Assembly: GCA_037379345.1 (NCBI GenBank)
Contig: CM074523.1
Span: 4,038,525 to 4,102,524, forward strand
DNA: 64,000 nucleotides
Reading direction: 5' to 3'
DNA from: Perna viridis
Taxonomy: Eukaryota
The notes below the pieces were generated by a model that was not told the DNA's origin, made no database searches, and worked only from the letters and a program-made list of their open reading frames with translations. The translations under genes and the position numbers were made by a program. Of the stretch, positions 12,336-23,797 are shown one piece after another (the stretch's first letter is position 1; every line of letters starts with the position of its first letter).

Positions 12336-12455
12336 CTGTAACAGAGTATCTGATGAGTATTTGACTTTCTGTTGAAACATGTGATTCAATTCTTTGTTCT
12401 GATGTTCTAGATCTTGAACTCTTGTTTGCAGTTGTAAACATTCTTCCCTGAGTGT
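12336..12455 (-). CDS. NCKAP5: NCKAP5-like exon 6 (TLREECLQLQTRVQDLEHQNKELNHMFQQKVKYSSDTLLQ)
   Basis: 120 nt, AG/GT. Continues the family signature (LREEC..L..RV.DLE.QN..L...FQQK). Confidence 0.95.
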
Positions 12456-13134
12456 CTGGAATAAAAAAATAAACATTGCATGACAGAAAATAGATATCAT
12501 TCAACATTTCTTTACAAAAATCAGTTGTGCATTCTACAGACACTAGAAGAAATCCATCTTCGTTGATATATGAAAAAAAGATTGAAAAAAGAATACTCCC
12601 ATTGTTCATTTGATAACTTGACTTTTTTTTAACAAAAGTGCCTTGTTTTAATACTAATAATGACAGCATGTTGGTTTTATAGATTTTTTTCAAGGAATAA
12701 GGGTTTAAGTGTAACATACCTCATTTATAGATATATTTAATTTGTTTCATTCATGAATTTTTATTCTGATATGTTTCACATGGCAAAATCCATTTTTTCT
12801 AAACTGGGTCCATTATCTAATTTACACTGTGGAGATTTGAAGTTGTATACAGTGTATTATAAGAAACGAATTTGCTGCCTTTCATAACATCATTTTTGTT
12901 CTTTGAATCTTCCATTAGATCATAACTTTCATTGATTCAGCTTCTTTGTAATAATAAGACCATTTGAATTTAATTGTGACTCTTTGAATGATTCCAGCAA
13001 AAATTTTGAATTCAGCAATTCTTTTTATGTATTAACCTTAAAAGTTTATTAATATTCAATCATATCATTGATGGTTATGTTAAGTTTGTTTGCAGGTAAG
13101 AAAGTCAGTTGTTTTGAAAGGCTAAAATTCCTAC

Positions 13135-13305
13135 CTTCTGGGCCAGCAGTGCTTGAACCACCTGGTTGGCAATTTCATCCAGACATTTTTCATACTGTTG
13201 CCTCTGTTGCTCATTTTCTAACACCAATGATGAGTTTTCTGCTTCCAGAACCTTCAGTCTCTCCAGTAACAACTGAGTTCTCTCTTGGTCTGTACCACTA
13301 CTCAT
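13135..13305 (-). CDS. NCKAP5: NCKAP5-like exon 5 (MSSGTDQERTQLLLERLKVLEAENSSLVLENEQQRQQYEKCLDEIANQVVQALLAQK)
   Basis: 171 nt, AG/GT, phase 0/0. LEAENS...YEKCLDEIANQVVQALLAQK is the signature coiled-coil block of the NCKAP5/NCKAP5L family. Confidence 0.95.
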
Positions 13306-15319
13306 CTGTAATACAAAATATGCAAATGAGAAATATTTAATGCAAACTATGCAAATTAGACAATAGAAAAATATCAAAACAAAATGAACTGTTATATATT
13401 TACCCCATAGACATTGATTTCTAGGAAAAATCCCTCTATGAACTGACTACTAGATAAGTAAAAAAAATATCATGATTTGATAAAAAAAAAAAGAAAAAAA
13501 AAAGAACAACTTTACTTTTGAAAATGATAGCCTTTGATATTTCTTTACAATTTCAGTTCAACATTGAGCATGTTAGAACTTGAAATAAAATCATCAAGAA
13601 AAATCATTTAACAGAACACAAAAAGCTAATCAAGAAAATGCCACAATCACTCAAAAAACTAATTTGAAAGTCAACCCTTAACATTAACAACAAATAAAAT
13701 ACATAAAAAATTAAAATCAAATCACTGAGCAGAAAGAAGTCCATACTTCGATTAAACAGCTAATTAAGCTGAAGATGTTATTGAAATATTTTCACCAATT
13801 TCATCTTTATGCATGAAGAGTCAGTATGTTTTTTTTACCTTTTAAGCAGTAATTATATCGCAATACTTGAAGCTTCATTTCTCCAGAAAATTTGTCAAAA
13901 CTCTAATAAGTTCTCTCAGTATCACACTTATATAAAAAGTTCTCAATAAGTACAAAAATATCTCGTACATCGTAACACTAACATAGATTTAAACAACTGC
14001 AACTTGTTAGGAAATCAGCAAAAAATGGCAAAAATCATATTTATCCATAACACTATTATGAATTTAAACAACTGCTAACTATTTATCCATCAGCAAAACA
14101 TTTGATGCAAAGGGGACAACTTAACGTGAAAATAACTCAAGCTGACACAAATTTGTTTGAAGAAGGCAAAAATATGTTAATCAATAAAAACGTTTATACA
14201 AATTAGGTTTTGAATTTCTATAGATTTCACACATGTTACTTCAGCGGACAATTTTCTCTGATTCTCTCCAATTTCTTTTGCCACAAAGCAAGGATTGTGT
14301 ATCGGCCAGGTGTCATTACCATAAACTTAACTTGAGTGTTTGAATCAAACTATCCCTCAAGGGTAAAAGTTTCATCAAGATATTTATCTTTATTTAAATT
14401 TAAACACAGACTTTATTTTTATACAATGATCTATTTTACAGTAATTTTCTTATTAAAGGTAGCAATTTTCTTTACCAATAAATCACAACTTTCTTTTTAA
14501 CAGTAGAGTTTTTATCTCATTGGTTATTCATTCATGATTTAAGAAGATGCCTAAGGACGGACTACATTAACATGTTGCCTCCTATAAACCAACATCTCTG
14601 TGATAGATTCAGTTAAGGGGTGTTCTAAGGGTCACTTTTGTCTTCTATTGCAAATTTTGTGTAAATAATGGCCTGGAACCTTGCTTTTATAAATTTATGG
14701 ATAAGAAATTCCTTTTGTTAAATTTCTGGCATTGACATGCCCCATTTTAAAATTAGACTTCTGGATCCTCCTGTGTTTGTCATACAGATGCAAATCAAGT
14801 TTTTTATTAATTTATGAAAATTACAGAGGACATTACAGTCATATACATCTACGATTTAGGCTTTTATTCTAGTTTCTACTCTTGAGGTCTCAAGCAGCAT
14901 TCAACAATATATGATTGGCATAAATCAATCCAAAATTAAAGAGTAGCTTTTAACCATAGAGGAAAATCCTTTGATGTGACCATCAAGTCCAATCTTGTGT
15001 TGATTCAGTAGTAAAATGGTGAATTATGAGATTATTTACAGACCACAGTAATCATCAGCAAAGGTTGACCTTTCCAACAACTAATTTAAATCTTAAACAT
15101 GCAAAATTTCAAGTTTTTAGCACCAAATCATGTTGATTTAAAAAGCAAACAGAAGCACTCTGCAGCTATATATATGTTTTTATGATATGGAAAAGAGAAT
15201 TATTGTACAGTGCTACAACATGAACCAATATTCAGCATAACATCTTTAAAAGCCTCTCCGATTGTATTTATACATTAATACATTATTAAACAAAGTAATA
15301 ATCATCTTCAATGTCTCAC

Positions 15320-15409
15320 CTGTTGCTCAAACTTTTTGACATCATTTAACAGCATGATATTCTCTCTCTCTAGACTACTGATATGAGTGTTGCACTTCTG
15401 TATGTTGTT
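15320..15409 (-). CDS. NCKAP5: NCKAP5-like exon 4 (NNIQKCNTHISSLERENIMLLNDVKKFEQQ)
   Basis: Not in the ORF track. Long pyrimidine tract then cAG, donor GTgaga, 90 nt open frame with heptad pattern. Confidence 0.85.
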
Positions 15410-16040
15410 CTGAAGAGAGAAAAAAAGAAGATATTTGACAAATGAAATGAACAGGCTAAAACATAAAAGAGCTTTATTCTATGATTACAAACACAAAAAG
15501 GGGGTGGAGGGTATATGAAAAAAATAGTTCTGAAGGGGAGATAATTCTATCGCTGTTGTTTCAAGTATATTACATCAATGTTTTTTTTCCTATATACACA
15601 CAGACATACATGATTCCAAACAGAATAACCTTGACTCCCTAAATACAGCTATATAGCCTTACAAGGCAATGAACTATGGTAAAGTTTTAATCAGAAATAT
15701 GATAGATATTGTACAGTGTATTGTTTCAGACGAAATGAGTTTAATAATCTCAACTAATGCTATTACAGTCAATGAACTTCTCCTTCAACTTGTTAGCTAA
15801 AAAATTAGACTGTTTATCACTATGTATCCATGGCAATTGATGGCCCCAAGGCTGAAGTTCCTTCATTTTGGGGAAAGGTGATAACATCTTTAACGTGTTT
15901 TCTGAGTAACTTGGGCAAAAAATTAATTCTAAAATGGGCAAAACATCAACTTGAGCCTCAAAAGACACAAGGTTGACACACTGTCAAGACAGAAAACCTA
16001 TCTGACTACCACCATGTTGAAGTAGCATACAAATTTCAAA

Positions 16041-16176
16041 ACTGTAAATGTATTAATTTTTGCATTGCTAAGTTTCGCGAATTCTATCAAGTGAACATAT
16101 TCGCAGGTATCAATTTTCGTGGTTTATAAAAATGTTAAAAAAATCAATTTCGCAGATTTTTTTCTTGTTTACAGTA
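16041..16176. mobile_element. Short actgtaaa...tttacagta MITE with ttcgc repeats
   Basis: Terminal inverted actgtaaa/tttacagt and internal ttcgcg-like motifs. Confidence 0.55.
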
Positions 16177-18274
16177 TCCTAAAATTACAAATACATTAAA
16201 TTAAAACATCTCCACTGAGTAATGAAATTGTTGTATCCATTTTATGTCTTTGTGGAGAGGTAGAACCTAAAGCCTACTGTCCAGCTAGAATCACTAGGCT
16301 TTGTGAGAAAACCAAAAATACTTAAGGAAACACCTATAGATCATGTCTATAACTCATAATAATGGATGACCAAAGGCTGTTAAAGTTATTCTGAATATTT
16401 AGTGTTCTTTCCAGACACTTATCTCAAAACCACCCATATACTCATGCCATAGATCAGTAAACCCTCCATTAACTCACACCAAGGAACTGTAAACCTCAAT
16501 CTACTACTCTTTCAGTAAGCTAAACAGGACCAAATGAGCCCTCAGGGATTCATGAAGTTGGGCATTTAAACCTTACTGAAAACTGTGCGTACAGAGCAGT
16601 TAACCCTAATCTAGTAATACCATCAACAAAGACATATAGCAGAACATCTCCACAGAGGCTGAAGATAGGATGAAAATATGATGTTCCAATATAAACACAT
16701 CATTAACTGCTTCATAAATACATATCCACCTAAAAACCATGCAGAGCGTGAAAAGGCAATGCATCAAGTGATTTGAGAACCAATAAAAGCACATGTATGT
16801 AGCAGTGAAAAAAAATGGAATGGTTACATAGCAATCTATAGTAATAAAACAGGTGGGAATTTTTTTTTAAATATAATTAACAGAACTGTTTTGACTGATC
16901 TGGATACCCTACAGAAGACCATATGTAGGAGTCTTGATACTCCAACAGTAATTAGTTATTTCACTTCTATCAACATCTTAGATACAAATGTTATTGTTTT
17001 GTCCTATTCTCCATTTTTTGGGGGTGCTTTACAGTTGAAATTTTTGCATGACTCTTAGGTAGACAGGTATTAATCTGTCCACATCATAATGCTATGACAA
17101 AGTCATAATTCACATACAGTCCTAACTTTATATATAGAAAATATAGCCATGACAGAGTCTATTTCACTTAAAACTTAGAGTTTTATAAGGTAGAGATGGG
17201 CTTAAATAGCATAATTATGATCTTCCATATTAGATATTGGCATGTTTTAATGCAACAGTTGATGGAAAGGCTGTCAGTATATTTTATCACTAATTAGACT
17301 TTGATGGGCTGTGCAGTAACAACATAAATAATCACTAAAAAATTAAAATGGTTTTAAGTGACTAAATCAATATGATGAACCCTCAAATTGCTTTTTTCTT
17401 TCATTTTTTAATTAATGAGTAGCAACAAATGGTAAACCCGGTACAAGAAAGTAATACCAGAAGTAACTATACTAGATCACTGCCCAAGAGCTTTCCTCAA
17501 AAATGAAATTGATTAGTGTGAGCATATGTACAATGTATCACATGTAAAAAAATAAGATTCTGATCTATAAGGTAATTAAAGTCATTTTGAATCTCAAACA
17601 GTATATCCAATACTTCTTTCCTTTAAAATTTAGCAAAAATGTTTACATGAGTTTAAATTTCTCTGAAAAATTAGCCATAAGTTACATAAAGTACCATTAT
17701 TTGTATGGCAAAGTTCCACAAAAAAGAATTTGATATAGAATAGCATCTAAAATCTCTTACAAGGTATACCACATCTATATAAAGCCACATACAATCAATC
17801 CATCCATTGGGAGTCAAATAATCGTGATAAGAATTGGACAGATGGACAATGTGATTCCAAAATACCAGTGGAGATGTGACAAAATACTATGCCTAACTGG
17901 AAGAAAGAAAATCATCCAATATAATGGTGTTCATGTTGGTTGTTGATGAGGATTAAGCGTTGGCAATGACCTACATAAGTACATTCTCTGTCAAAACACT
18001 AATGGCTCAAAATCTTTCTGTTGGAAGTGACATATTTCTGACATGTTTCAGAAGTGACATATGCAGTTAGGATGTGATTGTTTAATACAGAAGTCTCCCA
18101 TCAAAACATCAGCCATGTAACAAAATAACAGTGCATTACCAATAAAGTTAGATGTGATTTAAGTACAGGTAGCCCCAGCCATCATAGGTAAGGCCTAAAA
18201 TCATTATATAATTTTATTATCATTAGCCAGTGACAAGAACTCTCAATAACAAAGAAACAATGATCCTTTCTGAC

Positions 18275-18365
18275 CTCATACTGCATAGATAAGCTGGTCT
18301 TCTCCTGTTTCAGTTGGTCTATCTTGGACTTGAACTGCATCATCTGGGATACAGCTTGCTCCATT
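18275..18365 (-). CDS. NCKAP5: NCKAP5-like exon 3 (K-MEQAVSQMMQFKSKIDQLKQEKTSLSMQYE)
   Basis: Acceptor ttttAG, donor GTcaga, 91 nt, phase 2/0. Completes the split Lys codon from exon 2. Confidence 0.9.
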
Positions 18366-20359
18366 CTAAAATCAAGAGAAATATTGCTATCAATACATAT
18401 TATGTTTTATACATGTTGTAAATATAAAGAAACCTGAGTCCAGTTTGAAGATAATTCCATGATATTCCTGGAAGTAAGATACTAGTATTCAGTGCTTGAA
18501 ACAACTTTATTTTTATAAATGGGATTTTAGAAATTTAAACAAGTTATCTTTGAAGTGTATAACTCATAAATTGTTGTACTAATTGTAGAATCTCTTTAAA
18601 ACATCCAAATAACTGAATTTTATTTTTGAGGCATTCATTAGTCCTGACTGCTGCATATCTAAATACAAGACCTTACCTAAGCTGGGGAAAATGTGCCATG
18701 AGAAACAGATAAAAATGCCCATGCTTATAAAAACAGTTCTACATGTATTAAAGGTTTGTATGTACTGGGTACAATTGTGTTATTGGGTCTTTTAATACGA
18801 TCTTTGTCACAGTAACTTTCACAGATCTGATTCTAAATTGATATAAACCTGCTCCTTTCATCATTAAATGCTAGTTTGATACTGAGATAAGATATAGAAA
18901 ACAAGTCTTAATGATAGTATTGCATGTTAAAATGTGACTAAACATTGGCTCTAGCCCTTGAGCACACAAAATATCCATAAATGGACAAGTTTACATTATG
19001 CTTTTAGGAAGTATCATTTCTGATTATTTATCGTATTTTAGGGCAATAAGCTGTAATGGCAATTTTCTGTAATTTGTCGGTATAAATGAGATATTTGATG
19101 AAGGTAGAAAACACGCTATAAACCTGATTTCCTTTCCTTACAAACTACAGATGGCTTCTTCAAAAGAAATTCTGTTTCTGTGAAAGTAAAATCAGCAATT
19201 CCAATCTGAGAGGGTGATTGGAAATAGGTTTGTGATAGTATCGGTAAATTGAAAATACGACTAAATTAGTTTGATACGATTTGTAATGGTTACTGAATTA
19301 GAAACATTAGCAACCTTGGCCTACAGTAGATATAATATAAAGCTCAATAGTCATCATTGGTGAAATATGATTATAACTGATTACATGTAATACAAAAATG
19401 ATGTTACATTGCCCCCTTCTCTGAAAAAATTTATGTCCTCAATAATGGAATAAACTGGTAAAACATATCTTTTATGACCACAATGGTTAATTTCATTATA
19501 TTTCTAACACACAAAAGGTCATAGCAGATAAACAGCATGGAAATTCCAATCACTGTATACTAAAATAATTAATATTTAGGATATTGGACTTTCCAGAGAG
19601 AATAAGTGATATTATCAAGGACACTTAAGAGCAAAATATGAAATATTTTCTAAAACTCTTGTCAATTAGAAGAAATTTGATAAATGGTGGTAGATATCAT
19701 TGTTACATCTCTAAAACAACTTTTAGTCAATGTGGAAATTATTAACTAATTAGAAAGCATTCACTTTATATTGAAGGAGTTAATCTAACCATAATATGAT
19801 TAAGCTCATACATATTTTAATCATTTTTTAAATATGGGCTCCTTTAGTTTGGTTACATTTTAGTGACTTAAATTTCATTAGTATATCCTCCACATTTTAT
19901 AAGGGATTTCCCATATTAAAATGTGAAGGCCAAGGCCAAGGCCATTAGCTGTCATTCACAGAGTTTTATATTTCCTTTAATGGACTTAAATCTATGAATG
20001 AAAGAGCAAAAGTACTGACAAAGTACAGTTCTAAACATTATTTGGTAAAAAGTAAGACCGATGAGCTTTAGAAATGCAGGTGTCTCTTTTCAAATGAGGC
20101 AAGTCTTTAATCCTAGAAATTCTTTTTCGTAAGATAGTTATAATGGTCCTGATTTTATTTGGTCTAAAGCTGTATCTATATTTGATATACAGTATTACAG
20201 TTGAAAAAAGTTGTCAAGTCAGATGTAAAGGCTCTGATGGACCAAAAATACTGAAGGTATATTACTTCTTGATTACAGTATAGCTTTAAAAACCAGTCAG
20301 GTGTTTTTGAAGTCTAAATGGAAGTCACAACAATTCAAAGTCACAGAGTATGGGCAGTA

Positions 20360-21125
20360 GAATGTCTGAGTAATGTGATACAGACCATTTAATGTCAGGG
20401 TTATGTGATACGGACCAAGGTATGTCAGGGTTATGTGATACGGACCAAGGAATGTGAGGGTTATGTGATACGGACCAAGGAATGTCAGGGTTTAGTAACA
20501 TGGACCATGAATGCCAGGGTTTAGTAATATGGACCAATGAATGTCAGGGGTTTGTGATATGGACCAATAAATGTCAGGGTTGTGTGATATAGATCATTGA
20601 ATGTCAGGGTTGTGTGATACGGACCAATGAATGCCAGGGTTTTGTAATATGGACCAATGAATGCCAGGGTTTTGTAATATGGACCAATCAATGTCAGGTC
20701 TTTGTGATATGGACCAATAAATGCCAGGGTTGTGATATAGATCATTGAATGTCAGGGTTTTCTGATACCGACCAATGAATGTCAGGGTTGTGTGATATGG
20801 ACCAATGAATGTCAGGGTTGTGTGATATGGACCAAGGAATGCCAGAGTTGTCCAATATGGAGCAATGAATGCCAGGTTATGTGATATGGACCAATGAATA
20901 TCAGGGTTGTGTGATATGGATCAATGAATGCCAAGGTTGTGTGATATGGTGCAATGAATGCCAGGATTGTCCAATATGGAGCAATGAATGCCAGGGTTAT
21001 GTGATATTGACCAATGACTGCCAGGGTTATATGATATAGACCAATGAATGCCAGGTTATGTGATACTGACCAATGAATGCCAGAGTTGTCTAATAGGAAG
21101 CAATGAATGCCAGGGTTATTAGATA
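20360..21125. repeat. 30-bp minisatellite, ~25 copies (ggaccaatgaatgccagggttgtgtgatat)
   Basis: Head-to-tail periodicity with no unique spacers. Explains ORFs 20325-20537 and 20521-20745. Confidence 0.95.
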
Positions 21126-22109
21126 TGTTTTATCAGACATCACTCATCATCAATACCATATTAATCATAAACTAATCTATTACCATTCTCACCAGAATGC
21201 CAGTGAAAAATACATTTATTGTCAAAAAATAATCACTTTTTAAAGAAAAATGGACATTTTTTACAGAAAGTATTGATCATTTTATTAAGTCCCTTTGTTT
21301 TTCTCGCCATTCTGGAGCCATGAAAACATAAATCATTGATATATTGAGATGGTTATTATTTTCCAGATACTTTTTTTTATATTGTCATGCTGTAAAAAAT
21401 GTTTGGAATGGGCTTCATATTACTTCATCAAATACAAGAAGTTTTGGGTTACTGTGTTAACCTTATAAAAAGACTTTGCGACAGATAGAAATTTTCTGAT
21501 AAAGTCTAAACATATGTCAGCTCCCAACTTTGATGTCTACTCGAAATCCATTTATTTTTTAAAAGATTTTGGGACAAATTAAAAAATTGATCTACAAAAT
21601 GTATACTGGCCTTACATCAATACCTACTCAAAACTCATCTAGCTTTTAACATATGCCAGCTAACTGGTCATTTTCTACTTTCATTTCACAGCCCGTTACC
21701 AGATTGATATCAAACATCTGGGAATCATAGAAGCTATAAATATATTAGTTTCTATTTTTATCAGTTAAAGAAGCTGTTGAAAAATATCTCAATGATTTGT
21801 CTGATTTGTTAAGTGCAAGAGAAATGGGTTTATTTTATAATGTAAAATTTCATGTTGATAGTAATATATTTTTTTGTTTTTCAAGGAATGCATGAAACTG
21901 AATGACTATATGAAATCTGTAAGTACCAGTCCATATAAAATTCAAACACTGCCTATGGGAAAGCGATTCATGGTGTAGAAAAACCCATGGAAAAAACGAT
22001 GCTTTTTCACTGTACTTATGTTATATTTTTTTGTGACAATAGTCCTTTCTGTATCTAGATCTGTACTTAATACAATCTTAATACAATTGTACTTACAATC
22101 AGTTCAAAA

Positions 22110-23291
22110 CTATTATCTGAATATAATAGCATTAAAACCTATGATTTTTCAACACTGTATACTTCTATTCCCCATACTCAATTAAAATCCCGACTTAAAA
22201 ACATTATACATCGTTGTTTTTCCAAAAAAGATGGTACACCTAGATACAAATATATAGTTCTTGGTAGAGATTCCTCATACTTTGTAAGAAATAATTCCAA
22301 ATCATCTTCCAAATATACAGAGGAAGATGTTTACAAAATGCTGGAATTTTTAATCAACAACATATTTGTCCAGTGTGGTGGACATGTTTTTCAACAAACG
22401 GTCGGCATTCCAATGGGAACAAATTGTGCTCCTTTACTTGCTGACCTATTCCTCTACTCTTATGAGGCTGACTTTATAGCTGATCTGATCAGAAAGAAAG
22501 AATATCGTTTGGCTAGATCCTTCAATCTCAGTTTCCGCTATATAGATGACATATTATCTTTAAACAATCCTAATTTCGGGGATTTGATACATCGCATCTA
22601 CCCCAAAAAACTTGAGATAAAGGATACTAAAGACACTGTGAAGTCAGCCTCATATCTTGACCTACACTTAGAAATCGATGGTAAAGGACAACTATTGACC
22701 AAACTTTATCACAAACGTGACGACTTTTCATTCAGAATTGTCAACTTTCCTTTCATCTGTGGCAACATCCCTTCGGGTCCTGCGTATGGAGTGTTCATAT
22801 CACAACTCATACGTTATGCCAGAGCTTGCCGAAACTACACAGACTTTTTGTATTGCGCTAGAACTCTAACAAATAGACTTTTTGAACAGGGTTATGTTGC
22901 TACAAGATTGAAGTCATCATTACAGAAGTTTTATGGTCGTCATCACAAACTCGTGGATCGTTATGGTGTATCCATCAGCACTATGAAAACTGATTTATTC
23001 AACGAGTCATAGTTTCCTTTCCTCGTTTGTCTACCCCAGACTTGACTTTTTATGAGCAACTCGGCAGGTGTTTCTAGAAAAGCAGAGGATGCTTACCCTA
23101 TTGGTGCACCTGGTCCATGCTCCCAGTTTTTAGTGGAGTCCGAGTTGCTCATTTACTTTAGTTACTTTGTATGTATGATTTTAGTTACTTTATGTTCTTT
23201 GTTGTGTATGTCTGTTTTCCATGTCTGGTCTTTGTCCCTGGATTACATTCTTTTGATTACTGCTATAACCTTGGTTCCCTTGATTACTCTT
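22110..23291 (+). mobile_element. 5'-truncated Penelope-like retroelement (RT plus 3' non-coding tail)
   Basis: RT motifs TYDFSTLYTSIPH, GIPMGTNCAPLLADLFL, FRYIDD, SYLDL and thumb (AYGVFISQLIRYARAC), then a stop at 23012 with no C-terminal GIY-YIG domain. The ~280-nt tail recurs elsewhere in the window. 5' boundary is approximate. Confidence 0.85.
22113..23012 (+). pseudogene. Penelope-like reverse transcriptase fragment (~300 aa, uninterrupted frame, no start)
   Basis: The frame stays open upstream of the ORF-track ATG at 22338 and includes RT motif A (YDF at 22140). Catalytic YIDD is intact. Confidence 0.85.
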
Positions 23292-23663
23292 CAATATAAA
23301 ACACTTCAATTTTCTACTAAAATCAACCAAATCAAACCAAATCAAGAACAATAACTCTTGCAAAGTGTTAATTTCAGCCTAGTAGTGTTAGAGGAGAAAA
23401 GTTTTGAAAAATTGTTGATGCCAAGTGAGCTAAATATTTCAAATTCTATTGACAACATATACTTCTGTACAAAGAATTTTAAGTAAGGATGCAAGCATGG
23501 CAAGGCCAGAATGTTAATGGGGAAATTAAATTTAACAATAGAAAAATCAAGATACAAAATATCCTATTGTTTCCAATCTACTGGGTTAAGGGGGTGCACA
23601 CAGTTCACCAACACTTGTATCAGTTCCTGCATTTGTATCATTGTAATGATTAGCATGACATAC

Positions 23664-23797
23664 TTTTGGAATTCTGTCTGAAGCTGTTGGAATCTGGCTT
23701 GTGAATGGCTAGTTTCTGCAGACAATTCTCGTAATCTTTTCTCAGCTTCAGTTCTTAGCATTCTCTCCCTTTCCAAGTCCTTTAGAATGGAGTCTTT
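23664..23797 (-). CDS. NCKAP5: NCKAP5-like exon 2 (KDSILKDLERERMLRTEAEKRLRELSAETSHSQARFQQLQTEFQK)
   Basis: Acceptor ttttacAG, donor GTatgt, 134 nt, phase 0/2. Coiled coil similar to NCKAP5 LEEERHLRLQSEKRL. Confidence 0.9.

Noticed and set aside
20360-21125. CRISPR-like look of ~30-bp repeats
   Set aside because: Units are head-to-tail without unique spacers, there are no cas genes, and the context is a eukaryotic intron.
22980-23291. Hammerhead ribozyme or SECIS in the retroelement 3' region
   Set aside because: No CUGANGA/GAAA core, and no AUGA...AA...GA quartet geometry that I could fit by eye.
23052-23354. 100-aa hydrophobic ORF (also ORFs 44705-44920 and 61784-62017)
   Set aside because: These translate the T-rich non-coding retroelement tail. 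The frame is not preserved among copies.
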